Assembly: GCA_040005235.1 (NCBI GenBank)
Contig: JBDTZG010000005.1
Span: forward strand, 64,001 to 128,000
Direction: 5' to 3'
Length of the DNA stretch: 64,000 nt
From: Acidobacteriota bacterium
GTDB taxonomy: Bacteria > Acidobacteriota > Thermoanaerobaculia > Multivoradales > UBA5704
The number at the start of each line of letters is the position of its first letter. Position 1 is the first letter of the stretch. Of this stretch, positions 58,986 to 64,000 are shown piece by piece. The translations under genes and the position numbers were made by a program. The notes under the pieces were generated by a model. The model worked only from the letters and a program-made list of their open reading frames with translations, made no database searches and had not been told where the DNA came from.

Positions 58986-60061
58986 AGCTTCTCTATCTCC
59001 TCCCGAATCCGGAGCTGAACGGCGGCAACAAAGTCGTGTTCCAGCACGCCGAGCTGCTCCGCCGACTCGGTCACCAGGTGACGATCGCGGCGGAGGGGGC
59101 GCGGCCGACCTGGGTTCCCTTCGGCGGCACCTATCTCGACCGGACGCAGACGGCTCAGACGACCGATCGGTTCGATCTGGTAATAGCGACGTATTGGACG
59201 ACGGTCCGCCAGGCGCTCGATCTGGACCTCGGGCCGGTCGCCCATTTTTGTCAGGGGTACGAAGGATCGCTCGAACATCTTCAGCCTTGCCTTCCCGAGA
59301 TCGAGGCGGTCTATCGCGAGCCGCTGCCGACGCTGGTCGTTTCGCCGCACCTCGCGCCGTTCCTTCGCGAGCGCTTCGGTCGCGAGTCGGCGATTGCGCC
59401 GCCGTCGCTCGATCCGCGCTTTACGCCAGAGGACCGGCCGGGGCCGGGCGGGATTCCCTGGATCGCCCTACCGGGCATCTTCGCCGCTCCGGTCAAGGGA
59501 GTGCCCACGGCGCTAGCGGCGATTGCCCGCCTTCGCGAACGAGGTCTTCCCGCTCGGGTCCTGCGCTTTTCGATCTTGCCACTCGACGCCGAAGAGAGAA
59601 AGCAGCTCGAACCCGATCGCTACCTCTGTGGCGTTTCGCCCGAAGTGATCGCCCACGAGGTCGCCTCCGCGGACCTCCTCCTGCTCCCCTCGCGAGAAGG
59701 GGAAGGCTTCGGCCTGCCGTTGCTCGAAGCGATGGCCGCTGGAACCCCCGCCGTGGCCTCGGCGATCCCCTCGATCCGCGGCTTCGCGACCGGCGCGGCG
59801 TCGCTGGTTCCGCCCGGCGATTCCGCAGCGATGGCGGACGCGGCAGAGCGCCTGCTGCTCGACCGCCGAAAGTGGCTCCGGGCGCGCCGGGCGGGGCTTG
59901 CCGCCGCTTCGCGTTTCCGCCCCGAAGAGGTGGCAGCGATCGTCGAAGGCGCTGTCGCCTGGGCGGCTCGGAAGGCGGGGAGCCGCGGCCTTGGGGCTCG
60001 AACGACCGAGGCGGGATCGGGGCGAAGGGTAGCTCCCCAAACCGCTGGCCCCTTGGAGTAA
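58982..60061 (+). CDS. glycosyltransferase family 4
   Basis: GGNKVV, ATYWTT, PSREGEGFGLPLLEAMAAG. Confidence 0.88.
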   Translation: MKLLYLLPNPELNGGNKVVFQHAELLRRLGHQVTIAAEGARPTWVPFGGTYLDRTQTAQTTDRFDLVIATYWTTVRQALDLDLGPVAHFCQGYEGSLEHLQPCLPEIEAVYREPLPTLVVSPHLAPFLRERFGRESAIAPPSLDPRFTPEDRPGPGGIPWIALPGIFAAPVKGVPTALAAIARLRERGLPARVLRFSILPLDAEERKQLEPDRYLCGVSPEVIAHEVASADLLLLPSREGEGFGLPLLEAMAAGTPAVASAIPSIRGFATGAASLVPPGDSAAMADAAERLLLDRRKWLRARRAGLAAASRFRPEEVAAIVEGAVAWAARKAGSRGLGARTTEAGSGRRVAPQTAGPLE

Positions 60062-60114
60062 CGTATTACGCCATACCGGGAGTGAACTTCATACAGCTCC
60101 AAGAGGTGATGGCG

Positions 60115-62769
60115 ATGAGCCTCGGCGTCACGCTACGGATCGATCCTCGCCCGCCCGAGGGTCAAAGGAACGGCGCCGGTGCCTTCCGCCGCCTGCGGGA
60201 GCTGTTCGACGAGCTGTCCGACGTCGATCCCCAAGCGCGCGGCGAGCGCCTGGCCGCGCTCGCCGTCTTCGAACCGGATCTGGCCGCGGAGCTCGCCGCC
60301 CTTTTCGAGCACGCCGACCGTTCGCGCTCTCCTCTGGACTCTCCGGCGGCGGTCGCGGTTCCCGACGTTCCGGTCGAGGTGCGGGGATATCGAGTCGGCC
60401 GTCTGGTGGGTCGGGGCGGTTCTTCGTGGGTCTACCTCGCCGACCAGGATCTCGATGGGATCAAGCGGCGGGTGGCTTTGAAGATCATCGGCGGTGTCGA
60501 GGCGGATCGATTCCTGCAGCGGTTCGAGGCCGAAAAGCGCATCCTCGCCGGGCTCGAACACCCCGGGATCGCCCGCCTGTACGACGCCGGCCGAACCGGC
60601 GGCGGCTTTGCTTTCCTCGCCATGGAGTACGTTGAGGGGAGCGATCTCCTGACCTATTGCCAAACGCGCCGGGTATCGATCGCCGATCGCCTGCGCCTCT
60701 TCCTGCAAGTCCTCGCCGCGGTCAGCTATGCCCACCAGAACCTGATCGTCCATCGCGATTTGAAGCCGGCGAACATCATGGTCTCGCTCGCCGGCAACCC
60801 CAAGCTCCTCGACTTCGGCATCGCCGCCCTTCTCGACCCGACGCTCGGAGGCGCGGACCTGGAGAACGCGACCCTCCTGCGCGCGTTGACCCCCGCCTAC
60901 GCCAGCCCCGAACAGATCCGGGGCGAGAGGGTCACGACCTCGACGGACGTTTTCTCGCTCGGCGTCGTGCTTTACGAGCTGCTGGTCGGAAAGCGCCCGC
61001 ACGAGCCCTCCACGGTGGGCGGTGAGCTAGAGCGGGGCTATCGAGAAGTTCTGCTGCCGCCGCCGAGCGGTGCGCTCTCCAAGCGACGGCAAGCGGGGGA
61101 GGAGGCGGACGAACCGCGCGCCGTCGCGGGGGATCTCGACGCGATCGTGATGAAGGCGCTTCGTTCGAATGTGGCGGATCGCTACCGGTCGGTGGCCGCG
61201 CTGGCCGAGGACCTGCGACTCTACCTCGAAGGGCGGCCGGTCGGGGCGCGTCCCGCCTCGTGGCCCTATCGGGCCGCGAAGGTCCTCAAGCGCCACCGCG
61301 CCGCATCGCTCGCGACCTTGATGGTCACGCTGGCGGCGGCCACCGGCTTGGCGGTTCACGTCCGGCAGCTGGGCCGGGAGCGCGATCGGGCGAACGCCGC
61401 CGCTTTGCAGGCGCGCCGGGAGGCCGAGACCTCGACGCGCGTCGCCGACCTGGTCGCCTCGATCTTCGACGCCGCGAATCCGAACGACCAGACCGACCAT
61501 CCGCTCACCGGCAAGGAGATTCTCGAACGTGGCGCCCAGAGTGTCGAGACCGCTCTTTCGGCCGAGCCGGAGATGCGCGCCCGTATGCACGTGCTGCTCG
61601 GCGGCATTTGGGTCCAGATGGGCGACCTGGAGAGGGCGGAGAAGCTGATCGAGCCTTCGATCCCCGATCTCGAAATGCGCCTGGGCCCGAACCACGCGAC
61701 GACGGCGGGAGCCAAAGGGGTCCTCGCGATCCTCCGGCACGTCCAGGGGCGTGACACGGAGGCCAAGGCGCTCTTCCAACAGGCGCTCGCCGGACGGCGG
61801 ATCGCGCTGGGGTCCCGCCACGCCAAGGTCGGCGTCCTGCTAAGCCAATACGGCAACACCTTGAAATCGCTCGGGGAGTTCGCGCTCGCCAAGAAGACGT
61901 TCGAGGAGAGTCTGTCGATCCTTGCCGAGACTTTCGGTCCTGAAAGCGGCGAGAGCGGCAAAGCCTGGGGCAACTACGGCCTTCTACTCTTCCGCATGGA
62001 CGACTGGAAAGGGGCGGCCGCAGCGACCGAACGGTGCCTGGCGATCTTCGCCAAGGTCTACGGCCGCGAGAGCCCGCGCTACGCGGCCACGCTGGTAAAT
62101 CTTGCCGAAGTTCGCGGGAAGCAGCGCCGCTACCCAGAGGCCCTGAGGGCGATCCAGGAGTCGATCCAGCTTTCAGAGAGAATCTTCGGCAAGGGCTACG
62201 TCGCGGAGACGATCCACCGCAACGTCTTGGGCTGGACCTACATGGATCTCCACCGTCCGCTGGACGCCAAAATCGAGTTCGAGCACGCCATCGAGGCCGC
62301 TCTCAAGCGCTACGGACGGCATCCCACCACGGCCTGGCCGATGCGCGGTCTGGCGGAGGTCGAGCTGGCTCTCCACCGCCCGCAAGCGGCGCGCGACCAG
62401 TATGAGCGGGCGCTCCGGATCCGTCTGGAGACGCGCGGCGAAAACCATTGGGAGGTGGCCCAAAGCCTGAACGACATGGCCGAAGTCGAGGGCCGCCTGC
62501 ACCACCCCGACGCAAGAGAGTCCTACCTCCGCCGAGCCCTCGCCGTCCGCCGGGCGGTGCACGAACCGACCCACCCCGACCTCGCCCGCGCGGTCGCCCG
62601 CCTCGGCGAATTTCTCTGTACCGAGAAGGCAACTCCGATCTCCGCCACCGAAGGCCGCGGCCTGCTCGACCAGGCGCTTACCTTGGTCGCGAATGCCGGA
62701 GAATCCTCCCGGCCCGACGGCGAACAGATCGCGGAGTGGCGAGCGACGCGCGTGAAATGCGATAGATAA
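60115..62769 (+). CDS. Hanks-type Ser/Thr kinase with TM segment and C-terminal TPR repeats
   Basis: GRGGSSWVY, VALK, HRDLKPAN, DFG, TPAYASPEQ, DVFSLG; TPR_12-like repeats; start 60109 or 60115. Confidence 0.9.
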   Translation: MSLGVTLRIDPRPPEGQRNGAGAFRRLRELFDELSDVDPQARGERLAALAVFEPDLAAELAALFEHADRSRSPLDSPAAVAVPDVPVEVRGYRVGRLVGRGGSSWVYLADQDLDGIKRRVALKIIGGVEADRFLQRFEAEKRILAGLEHPGIARLYDAGRTGGGFAFLAMEYVEGSDLLTYCQTRRVSIADRLRLFLQVLAAVSYAHQNLIVHRDLKPANIMVSLAGNPKLLDFGIAALLDPTLGGADLENATLLRALTPAYASPEQIRGERVTTSTDVFSLGVVLYELLVGKRPHEPSTVGGELERGYREVLLPPPSGALSKRRQAGEEADEPRAVAGDLDAIVMKALRSNVADRYRSVAALAEDLRLYLEGRPVGARPASWPYRAAKVLKRHRAASLATLMVTLAAATGLAVHVRQLGRERDRANAAALQARREAETSTRVADLVASIFDAANPNDQTDHPLTGKEILERGAQSVETALSAEPEMRARMHVLLGGIWVQMGDLERAEKLIEPSIPDLEMRLGPNHATTAGAKGVLAILRHVQGRDTEAKALFQQALAGRRIALGSRHAKVGVLLSQYGNTLKSLGEFALAKKTFEESLSILAETFGPESGESGKAWGNYGLLLFRMDDWKGAAAATERCLAIFAKVYGRESPRYAATLVNLAEVRGKQRRYPEALRAIQESIQLSERIFGKGYVAETIHRNVLGWTYMDLHRPLDAKIEFEHAIEAALKRYGRHPTTAWPMRGLAEVELALHRPQAARDQYERALRIRLETRGENHWEVAQSLNDMAEVEGRLHHPDARESYLRRALAVRRAVHEPTHPDLARAVARLGEFLCTEKATPISATEGRGLLDQALTLVANAGESSRPDGEQIAEWRATRVKCDR

Positions 62770-62777
62770 TCCCCGCC

Positions 62778-63776
62778 ATGATCGTAAACCCCTCCGTCCC
62801 CCCCGTCGTCGTCCTCGGTGCCGGGGTCTCGGGCCTCAGCTCAGGCGTAGAGCTGCTCCTGCGCGGCTACCAGGTGGAGATCTGGGCGCGCGACCCTCCC
62901 GCCGCCACCACCTCGGCGGTGGCCGGTGCGGTCTGGTTCCCGTTCCATGCGGCGCCCGCCGAGCGGGTCGGCGCCTGGGCGAAAGAGACCTATGACCGCC
63001 TCGCCGAGCTTTCGATCGACCCCGAGAGCGGAGTGACGATGCGCGAAGGAGTGCTCTGCGACCCCGATCTGTCGGACGGCTCGACCTGGCGGCCGGCGGT
63101 GCGAGCGCTGCGCGAGGCGGGCCAGGGGGATCTCCCTCATGGCCGACAGGGCGAGATCTTCGCCGCCCCGATCGCCGAGATGCCGATCTACCTCGAATAC
63201 CTCCATCGCCGATTCGTCGCGTTCGGGGGAGTGCTCCACCTGCGCGCTTTGACCTCGGTGAGCGAAGCGTTCGCCGAGACCGATCGGGTGGTCAATTGCA
63301 CGGGGCTCGGCGCCCGCGAGTTGTTCAACGACCCGGAGGTCTACCCGGTGCGCGGCCAGTTGGTCCGGATCTCGGGCGTCGAGCTCAAGCGCTGGTACCT
63401 CGATGAAAAGGGGCGCGATGGCATTTCGTACATCATCCCGCGTTCCGAAGACATCGTGCTCGGCGGCACCGTCGAGCCGAACAACGAAGATCTGACGCCG
63501 GTTCCGTCCGACACCGAACGGATCATCGCCCGATGTTCTCGGTTCGCCCCGAATCTTGTCGAGGGCCACGTCGTTGCCCAGAGCGTCGGCCTCCGCCCCG
63601 GGCGACCGGCGATTCGGTTAGAGGTCGAAGAGGTGGACGAGCGGCATGGCGTGATTCACAACTATGGCCACGGCGGCTCGGGGCTCACGCTCTCCTGGGG
63701 TTGCGCGCGGGAGGTCGCCGACCTGGCCGATCGACGTTGGGGTGTGGCGAATCAGCCGCCGGATTCCGGCGCGTAG
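62778..63776 (+). CDS. D-amino acid oxidase family FAD-dependent oxidoreductase
   Basis: VLGAGVSG, VNCTGLGA, PVRGQ, GLRPGR, HNYGHGGSG. Confidence 0.9.
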   Translation: MIVNPSVPPVVVLGAGVSGLSSGVELLLRGYQVEIWARDPPAATTSAVAGAVWFPFHAAPAERVGAWAKETYDRLAELSIDPESGVTMREGVLCDPDLSDGSTWRPAVRALREAGQGDLPHGRQGEIFAAPIAEMPIYLEYLHRRFVAFGGVLHLRALTSVSEAFAETDRVVNCTGLGARELFNDPEVYPVRGQLVRISGVELKRWYLDEKGRDGISYIIPRSEDIVLGGTVEPNNEDLTPVPSDTERIIARCSRFAPNLVEGHVVAQSVGLRPGRPAIRLEVEEVDERHGVIHNYGHGGSGLTLSWGCAREVADLADRRWGVANQPPDSGA

Positions 63777-64000
63777 CGGAAGACCACCAACGTCCGATCG
63801 TCATCGGCGGGGTGCCCCGCGGTGTGAGCCTCGATCTCGGTGAGCAGCCGGTCCCGCACCTGCTCCGCCGAATCGGCGGGGCCCGAAAGGGCTCGCACGA
63901 CGCAGTCGTAGCCGAACGGCTCGTCCTGGGCGTTCGAGGCTTCGATCAAACCATCCGAAAGCCAGACCACGACATCCCCGGGCAGGAGATGGATCGTCTC
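63752..64000 (-). CDS. PP2C/SpoIIE-type phosphatase, C-terminal part
   Basis: PGDVVVWLSDGLIEA...FG...ADDDRTLVV; gene begins outside the window. Confidence 0.8.
   Translation of the reverse strand, partial: ETIHLLPGDVVVWLSDGLIEASNAQDEPFGYDCVVRALSGPADSAEQVRDRLLTEIEAHTAGHPADDDRTLVVFRYAPESGG

Noticed and set aside
58768-60108. Extended N-terminus of the 1333-aa kinase ORF
   Set aside because: Alternate frame of the GT2/GT4 genes; the kinase has its own RBS near 60103.

Overview
GC-rich bacterial chromosome segment. The gene repertoire suggests Acidobacteriota, probably Thermoanaerobaculia (inference only). From left to right: (1) a WYL/YafY regulator divergent from a partial DUF1579-like gene; (2) a 21-bp tandem array, then a lower-GC insert encoding a secreted 8-Cys peptide, flanked by a diverged duplicate of the 3' end of an ACP-FAAL-acyltransferase gene; (3) a minus-strand run of mlaEFD, nucleotide-sugar enzymes, yggX, a DedA/TVP38 gene and hicAB; (4) a Fur-led FTR1/Fet-type iron uptake operon with unusual fusions; (5) two defective Rpn/DUF4351 copies; (6) an 11-subunit complex I operon (nuoABCDHIJKLMN, no nuoEFG); (7) a SigR/SigH-like ECF sigma factor with a zinc anti-sigma and a Cys-less thioredoxin-fold protein; (8) an M23 peptidase and a GHMP kinase; (9) a four-gene cassette (48-aa double-glycine peptide, XRE-HTH, TPR protein, secreted protein carrying three copies of the peptide's motif), the best candidate here for an undescribed peptide-signalling system; (10) a 26-unit, 21-bp-phased GGA-N4-TCC array in front of a small helical protein; (11) a surface-glycan export locus whose wzm and wzt are about 14 kb apart, separated by secreted surface proteins, a sulfotransferase, a methyltransferase and an intact Rpn; (12) radical SAM, glycosyltransferases, a Ser/Thr kinase-TPR, a D-amino acid oxidase and a partial PP2C gene. 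I saw no rRNA, tRNA, CRISPR or integrase. All calls rest on motif recognition by eye; no database searches were run.
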